A model generated the notes under the pieces. That model searched no databases and was not told the origin of the DNA. It was given only the letters and a program-made list of their open reading frames with translations. Below are positions 13,027-25,594 of a DNA stretch of 64,000 nt, piece by piece. The position numbers and the translations under genes are program-made. The stretch spans positions 32,766,484 through 32,830,483 of the forward strand of contig NC_083408.1 in assembly GCF_020745735.1 (NCBI RefSeq). Direction: 5' to 3'. Origin of the DNA: Hemiscyllium ocellatum (taxonomy: Eukaryota). Each line of letters opens with the position of its first letter. The stretch's first letter is position 1.

Positions 13027-14680
13027 AATCATGAATATACCGACAAGCAATAAGAGTAGGCCACTCAGCCCTTTGAGCTTGCCCCTCCATTCAACAATCA
13101 TGATTGATCTAATTCTAACATTAATTCTACATTCCTGCACATCCCCAACAATCTTTCCCACATCTTGGTAATCAAGAATCTATTTCAGCCTTAAAAATAT
13201 TTAAAGATTCTGCATTCACTTTTGAGGACGGGAATTCCAAAGACTTTAAACCCTGAAAAAAATGTTTCCTCAACTCTATCTTCAATGGGTGCCTCTTAGT
13301 TTTAAATTATGACCCCCTAGGTGTAGATTCTCCCAAAAGAGGAAACATGCTTTCAACATTCACCTGGTGAAGTCCCCTGGGGATGTTACATGTTTCAATT
13401 GAGTTACCTCTGATTCTTTTAAATTCAGCAGGTTACAGGTCTAGTCTGTCTAGCCTTACCTCATAAGGCAATCCAATAATTTCAGGTGGTAGTCTAGTTT
13501 ACCTTCTCAGAACTGCTTCCAAGTCATGAACATCCTTCCATAAGTACAAGTACTGAATGCAGTAGTCCAGATGCAATCTCACACAAATGCTCATCATGTT
13601 TAACTAAAGCATAACCTTATTCTTATTTAAATTCCCCTTATAACAAAGCATAACATAAGCTTTCCTGATTACTTGTTGCTCCTGCATTCTAACCTGTTTG
13701 TGATTTATACACTACGACACCCAGATCTCTCTGCATCTCAGAGCTCTGAAACCTCTCATTTTGATAATATGCTTCTTTTTTTTATTCTTTCTGCTAAACT
13801 GACAATTTCACACATTCCCACATAATACTCCATTTGCCGGATCTTTGCCCACTCGCTTAAACTAAAACAAAGACATCACAGTCCTACCAGACCATAGGGT
13901 TGCTCTGTAACTACACGGACAATCAATGATGGTTTAACCGGAGCGTCATCAAGCCTCAGATGTGGGGAGAGGTTGAGAAGGAGATACCATGGTAACCTGA
14001 ACAACTGAAGGAATTAAACCATGTATCACCTACCAGTATTCAGTTAACTAACCCCCTTGATCTATATATATCCCTTTGTAGGCTCCTTATATCCTCCTTA
14101 CAACTCACTTTCTTACATAACTATGCCATCAACAAACCTTCATCCAAATCAAATAAGGTGCAAGTAGTTGATGCCCTAACACCAAACTCTGCAGCACATC
14201 ACTTGAGAGAAAAAAATTCATTGTCTGCTTACTGTTAGCAAGCCAATCTTCTATCCTTGCCAAATATGTTACCTTTTACACCAAAGCTTTCATTTTCCAT
14301 CATAACCTCTGATGTGGCAACATATCCAATGCCTTCTGGAAATTCAAATACAGTACATCCACTGGTCCCCTTCATCTATACCACAAGGTACTTCATTAAA
14401 AAACTTCAATAAATTAGTTAAGTATAATTTCCCTTTGACAAGATCATGGTGGCCCTGCTTGATTGCCCAGGACTTTAAGGGCCCATTATAATGTCGTTAA
14501 TAATAGCTTCTGACATTTGGGTTATGACAGTTGGTAAGCTAACTGGCCTGTAGCTTCCTTTCTGCCTCCCTTGCTTTTTCACGAAAGGAGTTACATTAGC
14601 TATTTTCCAATCTAAAGGAACCTTCCCCGAATCTATTCAGTTTTGAAAAATTAAAACCAATGTATCAACTATTTCAAAAG
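13027..14680 (-). mobile_element. CR1 LINE fragment with a nested tRNA-SINE remnant at about 13862-14058
   Basis: CR1 3' tail at left (GGCCACTCAGCCCTTTGAGCTTG), RT-region remnants (AATGCCTTCTGGAAATTC; AAGCTAACTGGCCTGTAG). Confidence 0.75.
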
Positions 14681-14689
14681 CAGAAAATC

Positions 14690-14930
14690 CAACATTACAA
14701 CTCCCACTGGATCAGAGACCAGAACATATACCAATCCAAAACCTTGGGCATTAGAGGTTAGAACATCCTATCTCAAAACCAATGGTTTACAAACCAGAAC
14801 ATCTTACATCCCAAAACCTGGGGATTACAGCCAGGACATTCTATACCTCAAACTCTAGGGATCAAATATCAAAACATCGAATACCCCAAACCCATGTGGA
14901 CCAGAGGCCAGTTCTGGGGACCAACAGTCC
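14690..14930. repeat. Same ~39-bp minisatellite, right block
   Basis: About 6 further copies (GGATCAGAGACCAGAACAT..CCAAAACCTTG). Confidence 0.75.
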
Positions 14931-15149
14931 GTGAGACACCTCTTCCGCAACGATGGGCATTAGAGTCTAGGTCCTGCCCCCAATCTTGGGTCAGTGGCTG
15001 GACCTCCTCGTGGCTATTGGGGGATACTCACTTCTTTTCATGAAAGGAGTACAACATTGACTCATGTTAATTCGGGAATGTTGTCCTCAACCCCCTTCCC
15101 TGTAGCGCCTTTCAATCAGTAAGTGAGCAAATACCAGGACTCCAACTGA

Positions 15150-17420
15150 AAGACAGGAATGCGGGCAAGCGGAGTTTTGTCAATCGCAAGAGAAATCTGC
15201 CCCCAACGTAAACAAACAAACCAAATCCGCCGCCAACAGCAACCTGATTGAGACTATAAACTTCGGGAATTTGGGGTGAGGGGGGTAAATGTTTCTCCCA
15301 ACCAGGCTAACCCTTGTGTTACTGAGAGTCCGAGGCCGGGTCTGGTGGTTCCTTTCCACACGTGTCGAGACTGAAAGATGTTGCTGTTCCCATTACTCCC
15401 AGGGAACCGACTCAGCTCAGATTGCGGGCTTCACACTTTTAAACCCAGCTCCCCTCACCCCGTCCCCAAAGCAGTTCATCCCGCGGTGCATAGGCTCTCC
15501 CCGTGGGCCTCTCGATTTACAGGTATAAACCGCGCTGCTTAAACAAAAAACAAAAACAAATCGGCAGGAAATGTAAACTCCCGCCATGCCCTAACAAGCA
15601 GAAGCGTATAGGAGGTATCAACGACAACAAAAATTGGGTTTTATTGTCCGACGCTTCTCTCCAGACGAAATAACCAGTGGAAAAACAAGCAGTACGGTCC
15701 CCTCCTCCCGGGCGATGTTGACACAGGAAGACTGAACACGTTCTTAAACCTTCCGGGAGGGGGTGAAAAGCAGGGCGTTGCTACGGTTTTTAAAAAAAAA
15801 ATCAGACCTTCTTACCCATCTCGTGTGAAACAGATGCCGGTGCTCAGCTCTGCGTCCTGCGTGCCTAGCTCCGGCAACGTGGCCCCCGGCAAAGATCCTG
15901 GAGTACCGGGCGGGACAACGACGGGGAAGGAGATTCTCTCCCGCCGCCGACGGCAGCACTTCGCCGCCTCCGCCGGGCTTCGATGTTTACACCCGAAAAC
16001 CTGACCGCTTGCAAGCCCGTGCTTTCAGAGTGGGTGCTGAGGCTGCGATAAGACAGCCCTTCGATGCCGCCTAATTACCCTGCCCGCTCAATTGCCCAGC
16101 AAAACAAAACTCTGCTCACGGGGGAGGAGGAGGAGGAGGAGGGGGGGCAGGATTTCCCGCATGCTGGGCCTGCCTTATTCCAGACGCGCAGCTGCCACTG
16201 AGGTGCTAATTTCTGCAGCTCCTCCCTGACGTCCAGCTTCCTCCTTTTTCAGCGCCCCCACCAGCCACACGCTTGCCTTAACTCGTCTCCCTGGCTCCGT
16301 CCTGCTCCCCTCACCCCAAAACGTCCCCCCCACCTCCACGCCTATGTCTCCGCCCCTGGGCCTTCGTCCTGCCGCCCACCACCAGCTTCTGGCCCGCCGT
16401 CACGTGCTCGGGGCCTCCCTTGTTTTTCCTCTCGCGGCGGCCGGCCCACCCGCCCGTCGACCGTTGCACCTCGGGAAGGTGGAGGAGTCCGGTGGAGGAG
16501 TCCGGTGGAAGGAGCTGAGCGCGTGAAGAAACAAGAAACCCGGGCACGCCCCCACCGTCAGCTCGCGCTCGCGCCCCCAACCGCCCCTCCTTCTCACACG
16601 ACACCGCACCGAGAGCCGAAACCCAAGTGTGTGGATTTGGTTTGAGGAGCGGGGGGGAGGGGGAAATCGCAACCACCTCCCTCAATCTGTCTTGTATTTT
16701 CTCATCTGTCTCCCCTACCCCTCCAACTCATTTCTCCCCGCTTTTCAATCGGTTTGTCCCTTTGGCACGACCCGAGTGACTCTGTTTCTTCCGCTCCAAC
16801 ACTTGGCCCTGCGTGTGACCTAACGGCTCGAAACATGCGTGCGCACGGACGCTCCCGGCAGCACTGCGCGTGCGCGGGGGGGCCGGGGCAGGTGGGGCGA
16901 CTGCCGGCCTGCGCCTGCGCCGCTCTTTCCCCTTCCCCACGACGCCCCGAAGCACCCACGCCGGCACGCATGTGCGGTCCGGGAAGGGGATGCCAGACCG
17001 TCACGGCCCATGAGGCGCGTGCGCGGAAGGGGTTCTGTCGACCTCGGAGCTTCGAGGATGGAGGAGGTGTCCAGCGACGGTGGTCTTGTGCGCATGTGTA
17101 CTTCCCCGCGGGAGGTCGGGAAGGGGGAGGAAGGTGTGGATGTGTAACAATCCTGAAGGGCGTGAGTCCTTCCTGCAACAGATTAGCGCTGCAAGGTTAC
17201 GGGGCACAACAGTCATGGAGGATGCAAGCTGTTTGACCTTCCCTCCATGAAGAGCTGCCCATCAGATAAACCAGGGGAGGGTCGAGGGTTTTGCTCCAGA
17301 GCGGGAAGCACGCAGTGCCGCCGCAATCACTTGCGCTGGGACATTGGTTGTAGCGTTCTCACAATCTTATCGCAGTGCTTCACGCTGCTCGTTCCCCACG
17401 CAGCAAAGGCAGACTCCACC
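15150..17420 (-). promoter_or_regulatory. CpG-island promoter and non-coding first exon region of MGA
   Basis: Strong GC/CpG enrichment 8-10 kb upstream of the coding exon. Cluster of NRF1-like GCGCRTGCGC motifs at 16835-17100, GC boxes, E-box CACGTG at 16401, E2F-like TTTCCCGC near 16153. Candidate minus-strand donor TGG|GTAAGA at 15816/15815. Confidence 0.8.
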
Positions 17421-18039
17421 CAGTAGTTACACTCAAGTCATCTTCATGCATTTAGTTGGATATGTTCGTCTACCAAACTATTTACTTATGCTCTGAAATA
17501 ATAAAGTTGACCATTCCTTTGAGATCGCTATTCTGCGCGGCACTTTGGGACGTGTCGGGGGCTGTCAAAGGCGTCATGTAACTGTACTGTGAATGTTTCC
17601 TTCTGAGATGCCCGTGTGTAATTAAAAACGAAGTGATTTTGTTCACCTGAAGTTGTTTATCCTTTCGTGAAGATATTTCCACGGCACAAACTTACGTTTG
17701 CGTTCTGACGAGCCATGTCTTTTTAGCACTTGACGGTTATAGTGAAAATGAACGAAAGAGGCCCATCGGGTCTATATTCCATTCAATAATTTGCACAAAA
17801 GTAATCGTTTTTAGTTATGGCGATGAAATACTCAATCTTCACTCATCGTGATATAACTGATTGTAAGGAATCCGTTGGTAATTATAGATCTCAAAATGTA
17901 CACAAACATCATTGAGTAAGTTATACTTTTGAAACTTATATTCTAAATGAAGACTATATTAGGAAAGCAAATGTTTGACACGTTTAGTTTTATTGAAAAG
18001 AGGTTGGCATGTACGAGTAAGAAAGTTTAGATGCAACTT

Positions 18040-20270
18040 ATAGGCTTTGCTATGACCATACCTGTGGTACCATGTACCATTTTGGTTTTCGTATCTCAGG
18101 ACCAATACAGTGCCTTACACTACTACCGTGCTGTGATAATAGGGTTGTCATGTGAGGCATAGTAGTAGTTCTTTTGCAATCCCATATGGTTGAGAGGATG
18201 AGTTGCTTCCACTCTGAGGTGGATTCTACAGTGGCTGAATAAAATCCAATCCTGGAGCTGCTGACTCTGCCATGAATGGGGCAGGTGCTGTTTGAGGAAT
18301 AGTTGGATGGGAAGCATCTAGCATTCTGCTGGCTCTCTGCTGTTTGCAATTGCCCTCCCTCGCTTCACTCAGTGACACTCAAAAGTGGTTGGTGTCTTCA
18401 TGAATGTTCCTTCTCCAGTTTGTCTGTTGTAGGGTAAGTGATTCCACACATTGGTGAGCATGTTGTATTTGTTCAGAGAGTCTTTCAGGGTGTCCTTGTA
18501 TCATTTTCTCTGCCATCCTAGTAATCACTTACCATTGTGGAGCTTGGAGTATGGTGCTTATTTAAGGAGTCTTGTGTCTGGACATGCAGATAATATGCAG
18601 ATAATGTGGCTTGCCTGTTGCAGCAGTGTCTTGATACTGGGGATATAGGCCTGAGTCATAGAGACATTGAGATATATAGCACGGAAACCAACCCTTCAGT
18701 CCAACTTGTCCATGCAGACCAGATATCCTAAATTAATCTAGTTCCATTTGCCAACACTTGGCCCATATCCCTCTAAACCTTTCCTATTCATGTACCCATC
18801 CAAATACCTTTTAAATGTTGTAATTGTCCCAGCCTCCACCACCCTCTGTGTGAAAAAAGTTGCCCCTTTGGTCCCTTTTAAATCTTTTCTCTCTCAGCCT
18901 AAACTTATGTCCTGTAGCTGTGGACTCCCCAACCCCAGGGTCTTCATCTCTGGCTACTCCTTCACCTGCTATAGTCTTGCCCTCCTTTACTTGCTAAAGT
19001 GCCATGAATTCCTAGAGACATAAGTGCTAGATTGGTTCTGATAAATAGCTATAAACACAATTAGTTGACTAATAGGTTTAGGAGAAAGTGAGGATTGCAG
19101 GGAGAGGATACTCACTTTGGTTCGCTATCCTGCCATTGGATTTGCAGGATTTTGCAAAGGCACCACTGGTCATAATGTCAGGCTGAATATGGTCGATGTT
19201 TTTGCTGCATACATGAGGGTGGGGTCTACAGCTGCTCTGTTGACCACGAACCTGGTGCTGGGTTTGAGGTCTCAAATTTTGAACACTCTATTCTTCAAGC
19301 ATCCAAAAGCTGCACTGGTGCATTGGAGTTAATGTTTGATTTTATGGTCAATGTCTGCTCACATCAAGGAGAGGCTCTGTGATATTGGAAATAATCCACA
19401 TTGTCTGTAGGCTCACCATGAGTTTTGATGTTTAGAGGCTCTATTATGTGGTGGGACAGGGCTGGTAGAGAACCTTTGTTTTCTGAATGTTTACTCTGAG
19501 GTCTGGTCTCTCAAATGCCTTGGTGAATGTGTCAATGATGGTTTGTAGACCGGTTTCTAATGTACACACGCATAAGTGTGATCTGCATACTATAACTCAA
19601 TGACAGAGATTGGAGTATCTTGGTTCTGGCATGCAGGTGTTGAAGGTTGAACAATTTCTCATGCATCCTGTAGGTTAGCCCCACTCTGACTGGGAGCTTC
19701 ATAGAGATAGGGTGAAGTGTTGCACCAAGGAAGGTGGGGAACAGCACTGGTGTGATGATGCTGCCCTGCTTGACCCTGTATTAAATCTGTGGTGGATCCG
19801 TGTATGAGGATTATAGCTTGCATGTCAATCTGAAACAGACGGAGAATGGTGACAAATTTCTGCAAGTGACTGCATTTGAGGAGGATATCCCACAATCCCT
19901 CACCATTGACAGAGCTGAAGGCTGGTACAGAGTATGGTGTTGTTCGCTGCACTATTAGATTTGTCACGTACAGAAAATCAATTTCCATTGTGCCTTCTGA
20001 TCAGCGGAAGCTGCATTGAGACTCAGGAAAAACCTTTTCAGCCACTGGCAGAAGGCAGTTGAGGAGGATTTGTACAATTACCTTTCTTATGCCAGACAGT
20101 AGAGAGATCCCTTTGTAATTTCCACAGTCGGACCTGTCTCCTTTCTTGAAAATGGTCACAATTATGGCTTCTCTGAGATCTTTCAGCATGCTCTCTTCCT
20201 CCTCCTTGATAAGGGCGATGAGGTCAAGGATTCATGTCAAAAGTGCCTCTCAGCAATATTTAAGCATCAT
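18040..20270 (-). mobile_element. Decayed RTE-clade LINE, with a CR1 3' fragment nested at about 18655-18940
   Basis: ORF 20001-20189 (IVTIFKKGDRSDCGNYKGISLLS..ILLNCLLPVAEKVFPESQCSFR) and ORF 19659-19988 (LWDILLK..KFVTILRLF..MQA) are RTE RT motifs. Confidence 0.8.
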
Positions 20271-20705
20271 CCTGTGATGAAAGAGTTGTCCTGTGAAGAG
20301 TAGTAGCAGTATACTGTGCCTTGATTCTTGGAAGTTTAGGAGTGGGAGAGGTTTTCTCATTGCAGAGTACGTAACTTTCCTTGAGAGTATCTCAATTGAC
20401 AAAAAGCTCCTTCCCTCAGCTGAAGAATCAAGAATTAAAAGCTCAGGATGAGGGATTGACTATTTTGGGGTTTGAAGAGAATGCTTCCTTTACTCATGGT
20501 TATGAATCTTTGGAGTTCTCTACCACAGAGGCTCTGGAATGCTCATGCTCATTATTGAATATGTTCAAGACTGAAATTAACAGTCAACATGAAGAGAGTC
20601 TAAGGACAGTAGATTAGGACAGGAACATGGAGCTAATGTAAATATTATTGAATGGTGGAGCAGAATTTAGGATCTGTGTGGCATTGTTGTTATTTCATAT
20701 GTTCT
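20270..20705 (+). mobile_element. Decayed CR1 3' fragment
   Basis: Degenerate CR1 C-terminal and 3'UTR motifs. Confidence 0.55.
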
Positions 20706-23226
20706 TAAAAACTCAGACCATGGGATTAAATTCTATTCTATAAGTTACTTCAAGTGTCATGGAACCTCTGGCAACAGCTGCTGATGGTGAAGGAGAATGC
20801 TGGATATTTCGACCAAGGTACAGAATGCTGGACACTTCAATGCACCTATGAGTGAGATCCAAACTAGGTCCAGACAGGGAGAGCCAGGTGTTGTCTCACC
20901 TTTGCTATCTATCTCAAAAGAAGACCTCAGGCAGCTTCAGCTGATAAACACAGACACCAGCAGACTGTGCCATTCCTAGAAGGCCCTACATCCACCAACC
21001 AAGCTTGAGCTATTGGATGGATCAAAACTTGACAATAGTGTGAGATGCTGGAAGAGAATCAAGGAGGATGGAGTCCTCTGTCAGCTGGGTCATTGTTATG
21101 GGGAGGTGAGGTGAAGGAACTCATCTGAGTTGTGAAGTTTGTGATCAAGCAGGACACCAGGTAACTGAAAAGATGACTGTCTTGATCAGTGAGAAGCATT
21201 ATTGATTCGAGATGGCTATTGATAACTACCATCGCAATTGTGAGTGTTGTACTTTTATCAAAACAGGGAAACAAATTTGCCTAGCATGCCATCCCTGGTC
21301 TCAAGAAATCTCTAAGAGTGTTTCAATAGGGTCTGTGGTTCTTCATCCCAGTTGATAGGACTGAACGTGTTCTCATACTCAAAGAAAACTCCAACAAATT
21401 CACACATGACCAGTAGGCCTGTATTATAGCCAGAGTATGTGGCTGATATGTCTGTTTCAATGTTTGATGTAAGATTCACAGTGACTGGGGCATAACTTGA
21501 ACAGTAAAATTCTACAGGAGCTTTGCAAGGCCTTTGGCATAGCCAAGAGTCACATCACCACCTTTCATCCAGTGGGTAAAGAACAATATAAATGATGCAA
21601 CTATACCTTGCCTCCTGCTAGTAAATGAAAGTGGCCCGAAAACCCTCTGGAACTGTTTTATGCTTATAATAAGACTCCACACTCACCCACAGGCTATCCT
21701 CCATACGATCCTTTCTTTGGATGAGGCCCAGTCCTTCTTGTGGGCCATTTCCTTGGGCTCACCCCACCTTCTGATGGGGATTGCCGGTGGATGGCCAAGC
21801 ATCACATGAGGCTTAAGTTGGTATCCAAGAGGACTTAGAAGAAAAGCATTTAACAATTGCAAAGCTGACAGGATTGAATTTCCAATCAGTGCAAGCATAT
21901 TCTTTCGGAACTGGAAAATCAGGGTCAGAATAGGATAAAGAATGTCTGGGACTCTGATCCCTGCAGAATCATCTATCACTTGGATACAGGTAGCCACACC
22001 TATATTGTTGAACTGACAGCTGGAATCAGCCTCAGAAAATGGTTCACAGAGGGACAATTGCTTGACATTAAGTTTATGCTAGATGATGTTGAGGGAAACA
22101 GCTCATTCAGTGGAAATGCAAACCTTAAGTGTTCGCACATGATGGCTCGAATGGAGTTTGAATCCTGGAATAACCTGTGTGTTGTGAATCAGAAGGGTGC
22201 ACTCATGTAGTAAAGCCTATCCTGGAAAACGGGCGAAGGATGTCCTTTGGGAGGCAAGAGTTGAAGCAACATATGCCATCAATCAGATGACTCCTGGAGA
22301 TCTGACTGATGTAATGTGCTGCATGTAGTTATTGAGACACCAAGTGCCAAGCAAGAACCTCTGTAACAGAATCAGCAGTTAGCAGTGGTGAGGGAGGATG
22401 CCAGGCAGGACAACTCAAGTAGTTTTGCCTGAACCTCCAGCAGCAGATGACGCTGTTAAGGGAAGGTCAATCAAACCAAGTAAAGCAATCGACCAAATCC
22501 TCTCTGAGTATAAGGTGCTTTTGGAGGTCTCATGGGGAAAAAGATCAGATAGACAAAGGATTTCGTCAACATAGTAAACAACAGGCTTAATTCCATATAA
22601 CTACTGTGTCCTCCCTTATTTAATTTTCATTTCCCTTCACATTTGCACTGATGCCCAAGGGATAAATTTCACTACTTCATGATCATCTGTATATTCCAAT
22701 CCTACATTACACAAAATAATTCCAAACATAAAGCTTCCAAACTCTTGCTGTCCAAAACACGACTCTAGTGCTTTGCGTATGAATCAACCAAATCACCACT
22801 TTAGGTTCCAAAATGGAACAACAATGCATTAGATAATGCATAATCTAAAGTACACCATAGACTGAAAACTAAGGTACTCAAGATATGTCACACAGGTTTT
22901 GAAAAAAAGTCTATTGCATGACATTTTTCTTGATAGGCCTAATTGACCAGCAAATGAACTGGGCCAGCTGCCTAAATTCTTTGATGCTATAATATGTCAG
23001 AGGAAGGCTATGCTGCAGACACTGGCAGATCCTCTTCATCAACTATAAGGTATAATTTATAATATGATTGTATACAAGCCTGGTTAGGTGCAGCTTCTTG
23101 ACCACCATCCTGGGCAAGGTATCCTATTTGTAGTAAAAAATGAGGTCTGCAGATGCTGGAGATCACAGCTGCAAATGTGTTGCTGGTCAAAGCACAGCAG
23201 GCCAGGCAGCATCTCAGGAATAGAGA

Positions 23227-23262
23227 ATTCGACGTTTCAAGCATAAGCCCTTCATCAGGAAT
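23227..23262 (-). ncRNA. Minimal type I hammerhead ribozyme motif (opposite arm)
   Basis: Reverse complement reads ATTC-CTGATGA-AGGGCTTATGCTT-GAAA-CGTC^GAAT. Confidence 0.8.
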
Positions 23263-23323
23263 AAGAGAGAGAGAGAGACATCTCCTCTGCACAGAAACTC
23301 CTGCTTGGCTCTCTCTCTCTCTT

Positions 23324-23359
23324 ATTCCTGATGAAGGGCTTATGCTCGAAACGTCGAAT
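23324..23359 (+). ncRNA. Minimal type I hammerhead ribozyme motif
   Basis: ATTC-CTGATGA-A-GGGC(TTAT)GCTC-GAAA-CGTC^GAAT: stem I ATTC/GAAT, conserved core, palindromic ACGU stem III. Confidence 0.85.
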
Positions 23360-23432
23360 TCTCTATTCCTGAGATGCTGCCTGGCCTGCTGTGCTTTGAC
23401 CAGCAACACATTTGCAGAAGGTATCCTATTTG

Positions 23433-23835
23433 GTCAACATCCAAAACTCCAGCTTAAACATCCACTCCATTCAGCACCAGTGTAGCAAGGTGCAGCATGT
23501 ACCACCTACAGAATGTGCAACATTTCCATGTCACTTTTGGCCCCATCTTTGAAACTTCCCTATCCCACACCTAGAAGGATAAGGACAACAGGTAGGCGGG
23601 AACAACTTCTCCGAATTACCTTACTCGTCATTCATCATCCTAACTTATATGCATGGCCGTTCCTTCATCGCCACTGGGTCAAAGTCTTGGAGCCTCCTGC
23701 CCAACAGAACTGTGTGTGTACCTTCACCACGAGACCTACAGACTATCAAGAAGAAGCCTCACAACCACTTTCTCAAGTGATTGGATAATAAATGTTGGTT
23801 TACCAATGATGCTCATATCCTGAGGATAATTTTTT
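23433..23835 (+). mobile_element. CR1-like LINE 3' fragment (second family; also at about 41400-42480, 54990-55445 and 62940-63330)
   Basis: Shared CACTGGGTCAAA(A/G)TC, AAGAAGGCAG and GGGCAATAAAT-type 3' motifs. Confidence 0.55.
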
Positions 23836-24171
23836 TTTGAAGTTGCTATTACTCACAGCTTAATAGTATCTCTTTCACTTGGAATCAGCTATTGCATTAC
23901 AGACACGTGCGTCTCTATTTTTAAACTTATCACAGCAATTTTGCTGTTTGCTTCTTCTACCACTGCTGGTGAATCACATTCATCTCACAATTGTGCTTCC
24001 ATCCATTTTCTTTTCTCCAAAGAAAGATGGTTGTGGATTTTAGAGGCCAGTCTACCCCTTCCTGGGATATCACTGCTGGAATCAGGGCAGCTTCAACTAC
24101 TCCATCAATGACATTCCTTCTCTCATAGGTTCAGTCGTGAGAATGTTTGTTCCATGTGCAGATTATGGATT

Positions 24172-25042
24172 ATTTTAGATTTAGAGTTTATTGTCATGTG
24201 TACTCAAGTACAAAAGTACAGGAGTACAATGAAAAGTGTACATTGTCACCACACATGGCACATCTTAGGTACAAGTACCTGGGTACAAAATCTTAAGAGT
24301 AAGGTAAAAAGAAACAAAGTTAAAAGTTAAACATTGCAAGTCATTCTTAGTACTGTGTAAAAAATTGAAAAAATAAAGTTAAAAGTTAAATATTATAGAT
24401 CTTCCTAGAGCTAAGTAGAAAAATTAAGAAATAAAGGTACAAGTTTAACCATTGCAGTCTTTCTGAAATGCTGAGCAATGCTGGGACCACACTTCCTACA
24501 AAGGCTCAATCTCGTTCTCTTTCACATGCTTTCCCTATTTCAGGAGACCCGCTTTGGGGCCACCACTGCCGTGCCACCAGGCACACCAGACCTGCTGTAC
24601 CGCCGAAGCAACCACCACTCCGGTCAATCTTGCAAGAGTACTGATTCGGGCCCGACTGCATTGCCACAGCTGACTGATGCAGACCGCAGGTGCTGCTTTT
24701 TCCACCAACTGCAGAGGTCACCTTGCCATCGCCATCCGCCTTGAGTACAGTCGCCACACTGTGGCACCATCTCTTGTTGCTGCGCCCACAATCACTGCTG
24801 TCGTGAGCCCTCCGAGGGCTCCCTCTCCCTAAGGATTCGACTCCTGCCACCGCTGCTGCTATTATCAGGAGGCTGGGCCCACTTTCGCTGTGCCAAAGAT
24901 GCCAAGAAGGCCTCCAAAGAGAACAAAAATGGAAAGCAAAAGAAAAGAGCAAAAGGAAAAAGAAAGAAATGAAAGTAAGCAAGCAGAAGAGTCCCAGGCC
25001 AGGACCTTGGACACAGCGCTGCTATTCCAACTGCTGCCATCT
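24172..25042 (-). mobile_element. Non-coding retroposon with a Rex1/Babar-like 3' tail
   Basis: Minus strand starts AGATGGCAGC, has a pyrimidine tract and a GC-rich body, and ends CTTTTCATTGTAC..GTACACATGACAATAAA(CTCTAA)n, like the Rex1 tail at 48760-48810. Confidence 0.55.
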
Positions 25043-25594
25043 GTGCATAATCTATATGTATTCTGATTGATTGCCATATAGTTCCATTTGCAACTCCTCA
25101 AGATACTGAGACAATCCATGTCTACTTGCAGCAAGGAGCAAGTAACATTTACAGTATGCTAATTCTGGGGAATGACCATCTCTAACAAAAGACTCTAATC
25201 ACCTTCCTTTAATGACGGCACCATTATTGACATCCTGATGCGATCATCATTGACCAGACAAATACCTGACGAGTCATATAAATAACAAACAAAAACAAAA
25301 ATTGTTGGAGAATCTCAGCAGATTGGCAGCATCTGTGGAGAGAAGGCAGAGTTAACATTTGGGTCCAGTGACCCCTCTTCGGAACTGATTGTAGCGAGGA
25401 AATGATTGGTACATAAACTGAACATGGGCTAGGGGAAGGGGTAGAAGAATAAACAATAGGTGGAAATAAAGCCTAGATAAAGATCACAACAGTAGGACAG
25501 TCAAAGAAATGGGTAAAGGTCAGCCTGAGAGAATCAATAGTTGCTAATGGGGACTATTATTAGCTGACAATGAGTTGGTTGTGGGACATTCAAG

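Larger units (their letters stand above)
23131..23417. mobile_element. Young fold-back PLE-terminus insertion with 15-bp TSD
   Basis: TSD AAGGTATCCTATTTG at 23116-23130 and 23418-23432. Near-perfect inverted arms of about 110 bp. Confidence 0.9.

Noticed and set aside
16311-17236. Many overlapping ORFs of 60-160 aa
   Set aside because: These are stop-poor GC-rich CpG-island frames with low-complexity Arg/Gly/Pro products and no recognisable domain.
23008-23485. Mirror ORFs on both strands with the identical peptide LLVKAQQARQHLRNREFDV
   Set aside because: An artefact of the palindromic PLE terminus. The same peptide recurs at 39000 and 41215.
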